From IMG/VR virus record IMGVR_UViG_3300033513_000021, positions 1 through 43,571 of that record: a stretch of DNA of 43,571 nt. One strand, written 5' to 3'. How positions within the stretch are numbered: position 1 is the stretch's first letter; each line of letters begins with the position of its first letter. Made by a program: the position numbers and the translations under genes. A model generated the notes under the pieces. It was not told where the DNA came from. It made no database searches and saw only the letters and a program-made list of their open reading frames with translations. Positions 42,639 through 43,571 of the stretch are shown piece after piece. Source of the stretch: a virus. Lineage: Duplodnaviria > Caudoviricetes.

Positions 42639-43066
42639 GACGCCAGCCTCTCGCCGTGCGGGCCGACCCGCATGTCCTTGACGATCCAGCGCGAGAGCAC
42701 GCCGAAAAACTCCTCGCGCTCGCTGTCGGTGAACTTGAGCTTGTCGGCCAGCCGGCGCATTTCGCCGACAAATTGGTCCTTGCTCGCATAGACGGCTACG
42801 ACTTTGATCACGCCGTCCTTGTCCACCATGTTGCATGCGACCTTGCCGCTGGGAACGATGGTCGCATAGCCGGACAGGAACGGCCGCACGATGTCAGTGA
42901 AGCCGGGAAAGGTCACGCGCAGCAGCACCGGCATCGCGCCGGCGTATTCGAAGCTCAGCGCCACCAGCAGCACGCACGCAAGCTTTCCCTCCGCGGCGGC
43001 GAGCGCGCGCGACTGCCAGGTCTGACGGATTTCCTCGGCGTGCTTGTTGAGGAAGGGGTTGGTCAT
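42635..43066 (-). CDS. Hypothetical protein
   Basis: 143-aa ORF, ATGA-coupled to the portal and to the next gene. Confidence 0.7.
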   Translation of the reverse strand: MTNPFLNKHAEEIRQTWQSRALAAAEGKLACVLLVALSFEYAGAMPVLLRVTFPGFTDIVRPFLSGYATIVPSGKVACNMVDKDGVIKVVAVYASKDQFVGEMRRLADKLKFTDSEREEFFGVLSRWIVKDMRVGPHGERLAS

Positions 43067-43571
43067 GCCGGCGGCCCCTGCGGCGGGGCATTCTGCGGCT
43101 GCGGTAGGCCCTGGCCGGCACCGGCGAACGGCTGCTGCACCTTGGCCGCCACCGCCTGCGCCTTGACCATGCTGGCCTGGGCCGGCAGCGCCTGGATCGC
43201 AGCTTGCCGCTGCGCCTGAGCGGAACGGTTCTTGCGCTTGGCGGCGAGGCTTTGCGGCGAGGCCGACCAGCGTTCCGGCATTTCGTTCATCTGCCCGATT
43301 TCCGGCAGCATGACGTCGAACTCGAATTGGTCGTAGATCGAGGGGTCGCCGGAGTTGATGGCGATCTGGTGGGCGACGTCGAGCGTGCGCAGACCGCCCG
43401 CCGCCTGGCTGGCCTTGGCCTGCAGCGCCAGCGGCGAGGTGTCCGTGACCTCGTAATGCCCCTGCGCCTCGCGCAGCCGCGGCGGCATCGGCGGCAGTAC
43501 CGGACGCCCGTTGACGCGCATGCGCGACAGCAGGTCGATCTCGCGCGGCACCAGGTTGCCGACATATTCCG
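43063..43571 (-). CDS. Portal protein, C-terminal part
   Basis: In-frame continuation of 1..1538: REIDLLSR...PPMPP...SPLA...Gln/Ala/Pro-rich tail. Confidence 0.92.
   Translation of the reverse strand, partial: EYVGNLVPREIDLLSRMRVNGRPVLPPMPPRLREAQGHYEVTDTSPLALQAKASQAAGGLRTLDVAHQIAINSGDPSIYDQFEFDVMLPEIGQMNEMPERWSASPQSLAAKRKNRSAQAQRQAAIQALPAQASMVKAQAVAAKVQQPFAGAGQGLPQPQNAPPQGPPA
43298..43571. repeat. Terminal direct repeat, copy 2
   Basis: Matches 1..274. Confidence 0.95.

Overview
This window is an essentially complete, circularisable genome (~43.3 kb after removing a 274-bp terminal overlap) of a GC-rich podovirus with BPP-1/T7-type morphogenesis genes. A GcrA homologue and an Omp25/RopB-type 'AADL..KAPP' protein point to an alphaproteobacterial, probably Rhizobiales, host. 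The minus-strand late region holds TerS, TerL, portal (split across the ends), scaffold, capsid, decoration, tail adaptor, nozzle, three internal virion proteins, two fibres and lysis genes. It also carries two homing endonucleases and a TPR-glycosyltransferase. The early/replication region (about 6.7-19 kb) has small HTH, Zn-finger and membrane genes, GcrA, an initiator/loader pair, RusA, Gp157, SSB, a tyrosine recombinase, gene fragments and a catalytically degenerate serine-recombinase homologue. The most unusual feature is an apparent envelope-targeted late module. Both fibre/spike genes and two other late genes begin with Sec-type signal peptides, each predicted to cleave before Gln. The lysis cassette has a holin-like domain fused to an outer-membrane beta-barrel with its own internal start, and I found no canonical spanin pair. 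An FlmG-like glycosyltransferase sits among the virion genes. Other signals are a GTGCGTTG promoter-like motif (5 copies) and a triple bulged-hairpin RNA upstream of the capsid gene. All family calls were made by eye from motifs, with no database searches.
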